Origin: a virus
Length of the DNA stretch: 64,000 nt
Reading direction: 5' to 3' (one strand)
IMG/VR virus record: IMGVR_UViG_3300025671_000038
The position numbers and the translations under genes are program-made. Positions 46,491 to 55,902 of the stretch are shown in pieces (the stretch's first letter is position 1; every line of letters begins with the position of its first letter). The notes below the pieces were generated by a model. The model was not told where the DNA came from. It saw only the letters and a list, made by a program, of their open reading frames with translations, and did no database searches.

Positions 46491-48416
46491 TTACACTCCC
46501 TTTATTAGATCATTATAAAGGTTGGAAACCTCCCTTGGAACCAATTTCTTGAATTTAGAAAAGTCCCTATCCGAAAGTGTTTGTCTAACCTTAGTTCCGG
46601 AGGTACCCCTTGGGGTCTCTTCCAGTGAGAAGCCTGGACTTAATTTGTCCTTTATGTCGGATACCTTTATGTAATCCATCTGTTTAGAGTAATCGTCGAT
46701 ACGATCCTCCCCAGCACCTACTAGCTGAGGGTCATATCCCATGGAGATCAATTTTGCTACGCCAGACCCTAAAAGACCCCTAGTTACCATCTCATATCCG
46801 GCTATTTCGTCGTTGTTTTGAACAACAGCTTCCATATATCTCCTAACAGTTTCGGGGTCGAATGGGGATTTACCCGATTTATTATGTCCAGGATGAACAA
46901 CCAGTAGGTAAGATGGGTACCCATTTTTATCCATCATATGTTTGGCCATTTTTAAATGCCCTGAATGAAATGGCTGAAATCTCCCCATGATGATATTAAC
47001 CTTCTGTGAATTATTCTCATCCTCATCTTCCTCAATCACTTGGATTTCTTCAGGAGCTGAAGAATTAGCATCTATGGTTTCCAAAGTATTTATAAACTCA
47101 TCATAAGAATGGAAATGGTCCTCGTCGCTATCTGAGACATCATCTTCCTCCTTGATATAATTAACCGGCTGAACAAACTCCCTTCTAAACTCATCGAATG
47201 AGAAAAAGTGTGATTCATTAACCTTACTCTTAGGCTTTTTGATGTACTCCTTTATGTCCTTAATCAGGGAATTAAGTTGGTCCATCATACCAACCGTTAT
47301 GATTCCACCAGCTCTGGTCTTGATTTTCCGGAACGAATTAAGCATCAACTTAAATAAAGACTCGAAAGATTCATCCTGCTTAACTAGTTTGAGAACCCTG
47401 CTATCTCTAACCATATCCATATTTAACCTAAAGTCATCTCTCTTTAAATATTCGGGCTCTTCGAAATCAGTACCAGCATATTTTTTGGAATAACGATCTA
47501 GGAATTTCACGAAAACATCGGACATGAATGAGATGTATCTTTCGTCGTCGCTTTCACCCTGTACATCAAAGGAGTCAATTCCTTCCTCCAGAATGAAGTT
47601 CATAACATCCATTATAGTTATCCCCAAGAAATCACTAGGTTTTTTAGTCTTTCGATTCTGAGCTTTCTGTTTAGCCATCTCTGTAAAAACCGGATCAACC
47701 ATTTTGGCAAGCACGGTATCACTCTCTTTATCCGGCTCGCCGAACCTGAAAACTACACCCTCCACGTCCTTGTCCAGATCATCATTCAGTGCTGTTTTAG
47801 TTAATTCAGGATTTAGAGTCTTTATAATGAATCTCACGAAGCTATTAGTCCGGAACTTTTCAACCAACTCCTTGAAGGGGGTTTCCATAAATTCCATTAA
47901 GTCGGATTTCTGATCCTCACTTAATCTACCCTGAAATATAATGGGGGGTTTCTCTACCCCCAGTAAGTCCGCCCAGTCATCCAATTTTTCTTTGTCCTGT
48001 ACGGTCTTCTTTATCTTACCCCCGTCTCCCATTTGGTGTACGTAGGAAAGTATCAGGTTATTTTTCGGGATCCTATCATATACAATTTCAACCGGAGCCT
48101 TGTTAGCAAAATACTCAAGTCCAAATCTCCATCCTCTAGGGATTCTCTCAAGTATATGTGGGGGTAGTGATTCTATATACTGGATTGGTTTCTCGTAGTA
48201 TTTCATCAAGGTACGATCTACCAGGGTAATAGGATTTCTTTGGTCCCTCCGATAAAATCTAAATTTACCGCTTTCTCTATCTCTCTCGAAAGAAAAGGCA
48301 GATCCATCCATCTTTTCATTAATCGTTACAAACTGATTAAAGAGCTGATTTATAAAATCTGCTCCTTTTTTGTTGTACATGTCATATAGATGATTAATCC
48401 CCGCCATTCTTATCAA
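46491..48416 (-). CDS. ATP-dependent ligase-like (KxDG) domain fused to an HxGH nucleotidyltransferase (NadM/cytidylyltransferase-like)
   Basis: INEKMDGS (motif I); FGLEYF; VEGVVFR; LAKMVD; C-terminal GRFQPFHSGH...GAGEDR...TSGTKVR. Confidence 0.7.
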   Translation of the reverse strand: MIRMAGINHLYDMYNKKGADFINQLFNQFVTINEKMDGSAFSFERDRESGKFRFYRRDQRNPITLVDRTLMKYYEKPIQYIESLPPHILERIPRGWRFGLEYFANKAPVEIVYDRIPKNNLILSYVHQMGDGGKIKKTVQDKEKLDDWADLLGVEKPPIIFQGRLSEDQKSDLMEFMETPFKELVEKFRTNSFVRFIIKTLNPELTKTALNDDLDKDVEGVVFRFGEPDKESDTVLAKMVDPVFTEMAKQKAQNRKTKKPSDFLGITIMDVMNFILEEGIDSFDVQGESDDERYISFMSDVFVKFLDRYSKKYAGTDFEEPEYLKRDDFRLNMDMVRDSRVLKLVKQDESFESLFKLMLNSFRKIKTRAGGIITVGMMDQLNSLIKDIKEYIKKPKSKVNESHFFSFDEFRREFVQPVNYIKEEDDVSDSDEDHFHSYDEFINTLETIDANSSAPEEIQVIEEDEDENNSQKVNIIMGRFQPFHSGHLKMAKHMMDKNGYPSYLLVVHPGHNKSGKSPFDPETVRRYMEAVVQNNDEIAGYEMVTRGLLGSGVAKLISMGYDPQLVGAGEDRIDDYSKQMDYIKVSDIKDKLSPGFSLEETPRGTSGTKVRQTLSDRDFSKFKKLVPREVSNLYNDLIKGV

Positions 48417-48853
48417 TTATAGTTTATATCGTTATTCGAACCGGCTTTAATGAAGTGAGAACCAAACTGAAGATCCATTTCAGACTTAGCCTTCCCATTT
48501 ACTATTAAATAACCTATACCTTTTATGATAGTTTCCAATAGAATTTTCGATTTATCTCTCAAATCTTTCTGGTATAGCTCAGATAACTCCAGTAAAAGAT
48601 CATCCAGGTCGGGGGCACTATCTTCCTTAGTTATAAGGTCAAATATTTCTTTCTCCATGGTATAAACAACATCATCCTCCAATAAAATATCCCAGTCTCC
48701 ATTCTTATTCTCGGATAAGCTGCCGTGGTTACCGAGTACCGTGGAAAATTCTATATTGTCACCTTCTCTTCCTACCAAGAGCGGGGAATCATTCTCCAAG
48801 AAAACCTCCAGAGCACCGTACATTAGGTCGTTATGTCTATTAGTAAAATCCAT
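48413..48853 (-). CDS. Hypothetical protein
   Basis: 146 aa, overlaps both neighbours. Confidence 0.65.
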   Translation of the reverse strand: MDFTNRHNDLMYGALEVFLENDSPLLVGREGDNIEFSTVLGNHGSLSENKNGDWDILLEDDVVYTMEKEIFDLITKEDSAPDLDDLLLELSELYQKDLRDKSKILLETIIKGIGYLIVNGKAKSEMDLQFGSHFIKAGSNNDINYN

Positions 48854-49764
48854 TATCTAACTTCAACTGGTATTTCATATCCGCCATTCTCCAAATATCT
48901 GAGAAGATCCTTCTTTATATCTTCAAACTTATCTGAATGTATAAAATCTGGAGATGACACTATAGACCAAACATCCTCGAATGTTTTCACGTCATTCTCG
49001 CCAAATCCCTTACCCAAGATCATCTCTATAAATTCATCGGGTTCCCTCGTTATGAACTCAGTACTTCCACTTACGGTTTTGGGATTTTTTAATCTCTTTG
49101 TAGCCCCCTTGAAGCTCTTCTTGTTCTTAAAAATACCGTCGCTAAGTCTGAGAGCGTAAGAATAAAAATCCTCCATCTCGCCATCCGGATCTTCAGTTAT
49201 GACCTCCTTCAAGGAGGATAATATAGCTTGGAAGAGCCAATTTCTATGTGCTGATTTGTATCTACTCTCATTCTTCCTATAGTCCGGGGAATAAAAAATA
49301 AATTTAGCCCAATCCATATCCGAGAGAGGAATAAGATCTAGCTGAACAATACCATTATTCGGATCACCCTCTATTGGCCACCCAATCGAAATAACGTTTA
49401 TTCCCTTCATCAGCTTTATGTCAGGTACAAACCCAATCCTATCTGGGAGCTCCTTAGTAAGCTTATCGTAGATAAATTCCAGCACGTTATCTGCATTTGT
49501 ACTGTATTTCCTAGCTATGAAGCTCTTGTCTATCCCAAGATCTATGTCACCTGAGGTTTCTTCTGCTCCCTTCTTTTTACCAACGCTTCCTATGACAAGA
49601 TAGTCCTTATCAATCTCGCCATCACCTATAAGGGGGAAAAGTATTTCCTTTATGGAATCCAAAGTACCGGGAACCTCTCTTTCCTTTATTCTCCTGGATG
49701 TCTTTATAGCTGCCCCACCTTCGAAGAGTGCTATGTAATTTTTATAAGAATGTATCCTTCCCAT
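48853..49764 (-). CDS. Pol-beta superfamily nucleotidyltransferase
   Basis: IGSVG...SGDIDLGID; VQLDLIP; N-terminus MGRIHSYKNYIALFEGG. Confidence 0.75.
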   Translation of the reverse strand: MGRIHSYKNYIALFEGGAAIKTSRRIKEREVPGTLDSIKEILFPLIGDGEIDKDYLVIGSVGKKKGAEETSGDIDLGIDKSFIARKYSTNADNVLEFIYDKLTKELPDRIGFVPDIKLMKGINVISIGWPIEGDPNNGIVQLDLIPLSDMDWAKFIFYSPDYRKNESRYKSAHRNWLFQAILSSLKEVITEDPDGEMEDFYSYALRLSDGIFKNKKSFKGATKRLKNPKTVSGSTEFITREPDEFIEMILGKGFGENDVKTFEDVWSIVSSPDFIHSDKFEDIKKDLLRYLENGGYEIPVEVR

Positions 49765-50247
49765 TTAGATCTCGAAATATTTCTCAGCCCCATAAATGTA
49801 GTCGGAGTATATTCTTTCCTCCCTATTCTTCGGGTTGTTTATGTCATATTTACCACCGAAGGTTTTCTTACCCTTAATTATAGCGTCTGTGTAAAATTCC
49901 TCGTAATCCTTCTGTTTGTTTTTACCAGAAGCTCTAATGCCATCCCCCCATTTAGAGAGTATCTCATCCTTTCCCCTTTCGAGAGATCCATCATCCATTC
50001 TGGCAATATCCTCCTTTTTAAAGACATCAGCAATACCCCTGCTGACCCCAGTAATGGCATTTATAGTTCTGGAAAGGAGTCTTCCTGCTGCTCCACCCTC
50101 ATCATAAACAGTCTGATATATCTTCTCCTCCGGGGTTTGAGCCTCGATCCTTTTTCTAATCGCCTTAATGCGATCTTCAGCTGAGATAGAAGAGTATGAA
50201 TAGTCCTCCTCATTTAGAAACGAGCGGAATCCCTTTAAGTTATTCAT
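49765..50247 (-). CDS. Hypothetical late protein with capsid-targeting-like N-terminus
   Basis: Start reassigned to MNNLKGFRSFLNEE; GATATATA at 50269-50276. Confidence 0.65.
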   Translation of the reverse strand: MNNLKGFRSFLNEEDYSYSSISAEDRIKAIRKRIEAQTPEEKIYQTVYDEGGAAGRLLSRTINAITGVSRGIADVFKKEDIARMDDGSLERGKDEILSKWGDGIRASGKNKQKDYEEFYTDAIIKGKKTFGGKYDINNPKNREERIYSDYIYGAEKYFEI

Positions 50248-50287
50248 GGTAGTGCATTTTTTGTACACTATATATCGTACGACGAGG

Positions 50288-51811
50288 TTAAAGCTTTACC
50301 TTGAATATCTTGTACTTGAAATTCTCGTTCTTATAAATCTGGATTCTTGCCTCTCCGTGCTTCACAAGGTAGTTCTTGTACTTGGGAGTACTGAAATCGT
50401 CGACGAAATCAATAACGTTAACCTTCTCCTTGCCTTCCATTTTTCTCATCCCTCTACCTAAGCTCTGTTTTATCAGAACCTCGCTTTTATATGATTCAAC
50501 CAGGAATATGTTATGAAGGTTATTAATAGAGATACCAGTGGAGAATGTACCATAAGTAGCAACCAGAACCTTATTTTCTCCGGAGGACATTCGATTTTTA
50601 TATTCTTCTCTTAAAGACTCGTCGGTATCCCCGTCCACGTAAAATACCTCCTTATTATTTGTGATGTCTCTAAGCCTATTCCATATCTGCTTCCCGTACT
50701 CGTCTTTGACAGATTGGAAAAGAACAAGGGAATTCTTAGAGGTTCTACCTATAAAATCCACTATGTAATTAAGCCTCTTTTCACTTTCTATTACAAGCTT
50801 CCTCTCGATATTGTAAAGCTCGTTACCCTCCAAATTCTGAGAATTTGCTTTAAGGTTAGCCAGTTTCTCTTTTATAGAGGCATCAAGCCAGTTTAGCATG
50901 ACAACCTTTATCTCCACCGGTGTAGCATGCTTGTTCTTGAATAGAAAATCAGGGGATATCTCCACTATCACGGGTCCTAGGAATTGCTGTATAGTGAGGT
51001 GATCAGCAGAACCTCTTTTAGTAAGAGTCCCGGTAAGGCCGAATCTCCATCCGCAGTGCATACACTTAGATACAATTTTCTTAATGGACATCGAGTTGGT
51101 GTGGTGTGCCTCATCAACGAAAACCGCATCCACGTCCTCGAAGAATTCCTTATCCTTCTTAACTAAAGACTGAAAGGTACCTATTATAAGATCGCACCCT
51201 TCCCTTAGTTTACTTCCCCCACCTATCTGCTGTATTTTAACACCCAGATCATCAATCCCATAGTCTATGAAATCATCATTTCCCTGGAACACCAGGTTGG
51301 TGTTCGGAACTATAACCATAAACTTCTTGATTAGACCCATCTGCTTAAGATAGGCGAATATCATGAAGGAGATAAGGGTTTTACCAGAAGATGTAGCAAT
51401 CTCGGAAACGGAGTATCTATACTTCACTATCTTCCATGCAGCTTCCACCTGATAGTCCCTAGGTTCTATTTCTTTATCTTTAAAAAAATCATCAACCCAG
51501 GACTGGAAATCTTCTAATGTTAGATCGCTTAGCAAAAGGTCTGATAGCCCCTCTATTTCTATGTCTATATTGAACTCCTTGCCAATCTCAAGAACTTCTC
51601 TCCAAAGACCTATCGGGACCTTCCAGAAAGCGCCCTTCTTTTCTACAAAGCATATATTCCCATCCCAGATTTTTTTCTTCACCAGGGGATGAAAGTACCA
51701 ATTGTGTATTTTCTTGGTTAGTGAAAGCTCTATCTGTCTCTTTTCAACCTCATCGGGCGAATGAACCAGAATAAGCCATTGTCTGTCTTCAGAGACGTTG
51801 AATTTCAGCAT
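50288..51811 (-). CDS. uvsW: UvsW-like SF2 DNA helicase
   Basis: PRDYQ; ATSSGKT; DEAHH; GLTGT; QSLGRGMR. Confidence 0.92.
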   Translation of the reverse strand: MLKFNVSEDRQWLILVHSPDEVEKRQIELSLTKKIHNWYFHPLVKKKIWDGNICFVEKKGAFWKVPIGLWREVLEIGKEFNIDIEIEGLSDLLLSDLTLEDFQSWVDDFFKDKEIEPRDYQVEAAWKIVKYRYSVSEIATSSGKTLISFMIFAYLKQMGLIKKFMVIVPNTNLVFQGNDDFIDYGIDDLGVKIQQIGGGSKLREGCDLIIGTFQSLVKKDKEFFEDVDAVFVDEAHHTNSMSIKKIVSKCMHCGWRFGLTGTLTKRGSADHLTIQQFLGPVIVEISPDFLFKNKHATPVEIKVVMLNWLDASIKEKLANLKANSQNLEGNELYNIERKLVIESEKRLNYIVDFIGRTSKNSLVLFQSVKDEYGKQIWNRLRDITNNKEVFYVDGDTDESLREEYKNRMSSGENKVLVATYGTFSTGISINNLHNIFLVESYKSEVLIKQSLGRGMRKMEGKEKVNVIDFVDDFSTPKYKNYLVKHGEARIQIYKNENFKYKIFKVKL

Positions 51812-51820
51812 GCATCTAAG

Positions 51821-52273
51821 TTATTTTATAGTACTACCCCTCAGGTAGTCCTCCAGAGCTATCCTGGATTTTATTCCATATAGCATGTGGTCTACCGTTT
51901 GAATAGTCTGGTCTATAAACTTCCTATGACCCTCCACCATCTCGATTTTACCGACGATTTCAGCTACATCGCCCTCTATGAGAACTTTCGTTTCGTTAGA
52001 TCCATATCTAACGTCGCTGTTTTGATTGTAATCCTTAAGCCTAGCTGCACGAGTCTGTCTTTCTCTGGCGCTAAGTTTGCTAACTATCTGTGCTAACTTA
52101 AAACTATATTCCAATAATATTTGCCTAGTGGAGAAAAGCTCAACCTGGGCTTCAGCCACAGTTTTAATGTTTTTGAGATTCAAAGATATGACTTGGATCT
52201 TCTCCTTCCATTCGAACCTCTCCTTCTCGAACAGTTTAGCGTAATCAACCTTATCTGTCTGTTGTTCCGGCAT
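51821..52273 (-). CDS. UvsY-like recombination mediator
   Basis: Helical 150-aa protein next to uvsW; terminal YGIKSRIALEDY resembles the T4 UvsY C-terminus. Confidence 0.55.
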   Translation of the reverse strand: MPEQQTDKVDYAKLFEKERFEWKEKIQVISLNLKNIKTVAEAQVELFSTRQILLEYSFKLAQIVSKLSARERQTRAARLKDYNQNSDVRYGSNETKVLIEGDVAEIVGKIEMVEGHRKFIDQTIQTVDHMLYGIKSRIALEDYLRGSTIK

Positions 52274-52274
52274 C

Positions 52275-52517
52275 CTAAAAAAGTTTATTTCCCTTGTTTT
52301 TACTTATACGGGGTTTACCCAGTTTAATTTCCCTCATCACAGAATTTACCATTTTCGGGGAGGATACACTGATGGTGCCTTCTACTTCCCCTATGTTGGC
52401 TATCACATCCCTATCTAACATAGATATGGGGAATTTGACGCTACCCACATTATCCCGATCCAGCGACTCCTCCCATTCCTCCGTTTTGTCTATTGTGGGC
52501 ATTTCTAATTTAACCAT
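52275..52517 (-). CDS. Hypothetical protein
   Basis: 80 aa, overlaps the primase stop. Confidence 0.5.
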   Translation of the reverse strand: MVKLEMPTIDKTEEWEESLDRDNVGSVKFPISMLDRDVIANIGEVEGTISVSSPKMVNSVMREIKLGKPRISKNKGNKLF

Positions 52518-53571
52518 CGATAAAATCTATTAAGTCCAGGACTTCCCCAGTAAAATAGTTATCGAATCTTCTTATTTTTATCCTCTTGGCCCTCAGATAA
52601 TTTACTATATCGTTTAGGTCCCATTTCTTATTTATCGGAAGCTCATGATCGGTTAAAAATTTCTTCCAGTTAAAAACACTAAATCCCTTGGTTAGTAGCT
52701 CTGAGTTCTTAGCCCTTCCCGCACGGTCCCAGTCGTACCAGTATCTAATGTTCTCCATTTCAAACGGGAATTTATTTTCCACCGAACACAGTGCAACCGA
52801 ATTTTTCCATAGCCAGGAATCCATTGGTCCTTCGAATATAGTTATAGTGTGGTCAAACGAGACCATCCCTATATTAAAAACGCTAGAGATGGGATCTATT
52901 TTTCTCGCCTCATCCAGAAATTCAGGATCGGTAACACCAAGCATTTTTTCCCATATGCCGCTGAGTTTATACGTATAGTATTTAGAACCATAGCTAGAAG
53001 ACATGTTTCTAAACTGTAAGCCCAATATCTCATTATCCTTCGTGAGGTTAAAGAGATAAAGCTTCTTGTCAGACTCGCTCCAGGCAAATTTTTGGTCAGG
53101 TATCTGGTTTCTTTTCCTTAAATACCTCTCCATCTTGCTACCCGCCACTTCGGATAATCCCATTTTCTCCATAAAGAGAGATCGAGGGATTACAACCTTG
53201 CTGAAGTCTGTATCGAAGAAGAGAGATATATCAACATCACCATAAATTTTCCTCCTTTTCTCCTTCCCGCTTTTTATAACATCAAGTATGTCGACCTTTT
53301 CGTTTTTTTCAAGCTTCGACAGTTCCCCAAAATCCTTAAATAGTGAAAACGCATCCTTAAATATTCCGCACCCTCCGTTATAACACTTGTATGTGAGCGT
53401 ATCCAGGTAAAAGTTGCCCCTCTTTTTACGGTAATTGCTACTATCACCACAATATGGACAGGAAAAATTGAGTCTATTTCCTGCTTTGTAAATCTTCCTT
53501 CTATTGGGGTCGTTTGGGAATCCCTTGACCAACACCCCATTAATAAGCTCTTCAATTCTCCCTAAATCCAT
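52510..53571 (-). CDS. DNA primase (T4 gp61-like)
   Basis: Zn finger NFSCPYCGD...YKCYNGGC; Toprim IFEGPMDS; YWYDWD. Confidence 0.9.
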   Translation of the reverse strand: MDLGRIEELINGVLVKGFPNDPNRRKIYKAGNRLNFSCPYCGDSSNYRKKRGNFYLDTLTYKCYNGGCGIFKDAFSLFKDFGELSKLEKNEKVDILDVIKSGKEKRRKIYGDVDISLFFDTDFSKVVIPRSLFMEKMGLSEVAGSKMERYLRKRNQIPDQKFAWSESDKKLYLFNLTKDNEILGLQFRNMSSSYGSKYYTYKLSGIWEKMLGVTDPEFLDEARKIDPISSVFNIGMVSFDHTITIFEGPMDSWLWKNSVALCSVENKFPFEMENIRYWYDWDRAGRAKNSELLTKGFSVFNWKKFLTDHELPINKKWDLNDIVNYLRAKRIKIRRFDNYFTGEVLDLIDFIDG

Positions 53572-53627
53572 CGTTTACCAATTTAAATTCTTCATTTCCT
53601 TTACTTAGATAACTTCAGTTTAACACT

Positions 53628-53663
53628 AAAAAGGGAGGAACAGCTCTGGTAACTGTTCCTCCC
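53628..53663 (-). terminator. Intrinsic terminator after SSB
   Basis: GGGAGGAACAG-TTACCAGAG-CTGTTCCTCCC-TTTTT. Confidence 0.75.
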
Positions 53664-53677
53664 AGTGTTATAACCTA

Positions 53678-54631
53678 TTAAAGGTCAGAATAGAGATCAT
53701 CCAAAGAAGAAGCTGTCTCTGGACTAGATGGTTGCTTCAGGGGTTGTTCCTCTTGTGGGGTGTTTCCAACCTTCGTCGAAGATACCTCGTTGTAGATATC
53801 GTCTGCGGTTCTAGAGGTGGAAGGTGCAGGGGTAGACGAAACGTTAGCTCCGGACATAACTTCATTAACCATTCTGCCATCCGGTACTGTGTTCCTGATG
53901 ATGTTCATCACCCTTTCCGTGGTATTCTCGTCCCAATCCTTGTATTCAAAATTGGTAAGGTTATCCGGTCCCGTTTTAAGATACTCCAGAATAGTATCCA
54001 TGTCCTTCTTGTTCTTACCCATCTTCTTTCCGTCTATCTCTATGGGTGTATTGTTACCCACGAATTGACAGAGATCGTAATTGTTCCATTCACCAACCTT
54101 TCTAGAATGTATAGAGAATAGCTTACCCTCGAACAGATCATATGGGTTGCAAGGGTCACCGTATTCTGGCTTCAGTTGAGATTCCAGCATATCGTTGATC
54201 TTACGACCAAATTTAAAGGTCATGATCTTCCCTTCTAGCTCGGGGTTGTTTTTATCCTGTACGATCTGGATGAGAGAGTAATAATCCTCCTTTCTGGAGA
54301 AGTTTCTAGCCAGATCCTGATCTGCAGCAGAATTGGAGTTCTTAAGCTTCCAAAAGATGTCTTTAAGAACTGATTTTTTACCTACTGTGGACGGACAATC
54401 TACAGGGAATCCATCTCCTGTTGTAGGATCATTAAGATATACGTAGTATTTCTGAATTTTGGATTTGGCCGGATCTACGTGGTTTGGTAAAAACCTAATT
54501 AGAGACTTGTAAACCCCATCCTTTCCGTTTTCCGGGTACGGCTTGTAAAATTCTAAATCTCTCGAATCTTCCTTCTTGCTCTTCGTTACGAAGTTATCAA
54601 CATCTAAGTTGAAAATGTCTAAATTACTCAT
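53678..54631 (-). CDS. ssDNA-binding protein (T4 gp32-like)
   Basis: IRFLP; CPSTVG; FKFGRKI; NPYDLFEG; NYD; acidic tail DDLYSDL. Confidence 0.88.
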   Translation of the reverse strand: MSNLDIFNLDVDNFVTKSKKEDSRDLEFYKPYPENGKDGVYKSLIRFLPNHVDPAKSKIQKYYVYLNDPTTGDGFPVDCPSTVGKKSVLKDIFWKLKNSNSAADQDLARNFSRKEDYYSLIQIVQDKNNPELEGKIMTFKFGRKINDMLESQLKPEYGDPCNPYDLFEGKLFSIHSRKVGEWNNYDLCQFVGNNTPIEIDGKKMGKNKKDMDTILEYLKTGPDNLTNFEYKDWDENTTERVMNIIRNTVPDGRMVNEVMSGANVSSTPAPSTSRTADDIYNEVSSTKVGNTPQEEQPLKQPSSPETASSLDDLYSDL

Positions 54632-54670
54632 TGTTCCTTTAATTAATTTTTAAAATCCTTTATTTAATCT

Positions 54671-55456
54671 CTAAGTGTCCCAAAAGTTTCCCCTAGACTG
54701 TATATATCCCGAACTTTTTTTTATATCGTTACCCTTTCTTACTTGCTCCGTGGGTAACATGATCCCTCGGAGTGAAACCTGAAGGTCACTTCTCACAACA
54801 CCATATTCCGATGTGAGTAAATGGTTTCTTAAAAGAGTCTCGGGGTGAAAGAATATCGCATCCCTTGTAAGATAGTTCTCAAGATTTTCATAGAGGCTAC
54901 AATAGTGACCCATTGCATCCCTAGCTCCATAAGCTATCACATCGTTAATACCTCCCCTCCAATCAAATCCCTGAGGGATAGCGATCATATTTTTTCCAAA
55001 ATTGAAAAAAAGATCGTTGTGCACCTTTATATCAAATCTTCCCTTTATAATATAGTCATATCTCCTACCCACGGATCTCTCATACTTCTGCATAAGATGG
55101 TATGAGGAATTGATTTTATACCACATACAAAAAACAGACTGCGGATTAATCTCGCCATTCAGTGGGGAATAACCCTCATAAATCATCGATCTCTCCCTTA
55201 TTTTGGTTATAGTCTCCGATTCAAAATCCTCCATCAGGATGGATTTTGGCTTATAGAGGGAAATAGCATCACCAACGCTAAGACTATCTCTCAGGTTACC
55301 CGTATAGGGCTGAACGGTTTCTCTTATCTCGTCAGAGGGATTCCAGGATGAGATGAAAACATCCGGGGAGTACTTGTCAAGTATCCTGCTTTTTATATAG
55401 GGGTAACATTCCAGACCTTCCCTAAATTGACCCGAAAGAAGTAAAGCTACTCTCAT
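54671..55456 (-). CDS. Hypothetical glycan-associated protein (MRVALLLSGQFR family; putative transferase)
   Basis: RVALLLSGQFR; DVFISSW; MWYKI; YDYIIKGRFD; INDVIAYG; HPETLL. Last gene of the RLP operon. Confidence 0.6.
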   Translation of the reverse strand: MRVALLLSGQFREGLECYPYIKSRILDKYSPDVFISSWNPSDEIRETVQPYTGNLRDSLSVGDAISLYKPKSILMEDFESETITKIRERSMIYEGYSPLNGEINPQSVFCMWYKINSSYHLMQKYERSVGRRYDYIIKGRFDIKVHNDLFFNFGKNMIAIPQGFDWRGGINDVIAYGARDAMGHYCSLYENLENYLTRDAIFFHPETLLRNHLLTSEYGVVRSDLQVSLRGIMLPTEQVRKGNDIKKSSGYIQSRGNFWDT

Positions 55457-55896
55457 CTATACTTTCCTATATAGTCACTGCAAATTCCTGAGCAGACCGC
55501 GATATCCTCATCATTAACTTCAGGCATAACGGCTATGCTATTTTCTATTGGTTGCTTTCCTACTAAGGCCCAGCGATAACCCTTACTAGTAAAAACCACA
55601 TCGTCGGATTCATGAACAAAATAATTTAGAAAATCCCCCGCCGGATCTATTCTGGAAAGCTCACGAAAAGCTAGCAAATTTTTACAATGGATCCAAAGCT
55701 TCCTGGAGTTCTTCAAAAGGAATTCGTATTGAATCTCGTGTTGTGGCTCATCGTGTCCAAGTTTAAACATCCCGTCAATGAACCAGAGATCTATTTCAAC
55801 TTCGTAATTGTATAAAGCTTCAACTATATAATCAGGATCGTTCTCCCTTTTGGAATTAGGACCATCAATATTTCCGCGATGTGATATTAATATCAT
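55453..55896 (-). CDS. Small PI-PLC/glycerophosphodiesterase-like protein
   Basis: ISHRGN; VEIDLW; LGHD; WIHCKN; ICSD. Confidence 0.7.
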   Translation of the reverse strand: MILISHRGNIDGPNSKRENDPDYIVEALYNYEVEIDLWFIDGMFKLGHDEPQHEIQYEFLLKNSRKLWIHCKNLLAFRELSRIDPAGDFLNYFVHESDDVVFTSKGYRWALVGKQPIENSIAVMPEVNDEDIAVCSGICSDYIGKYR

Positions 55897-55902
55897 CTGC
55901 TC

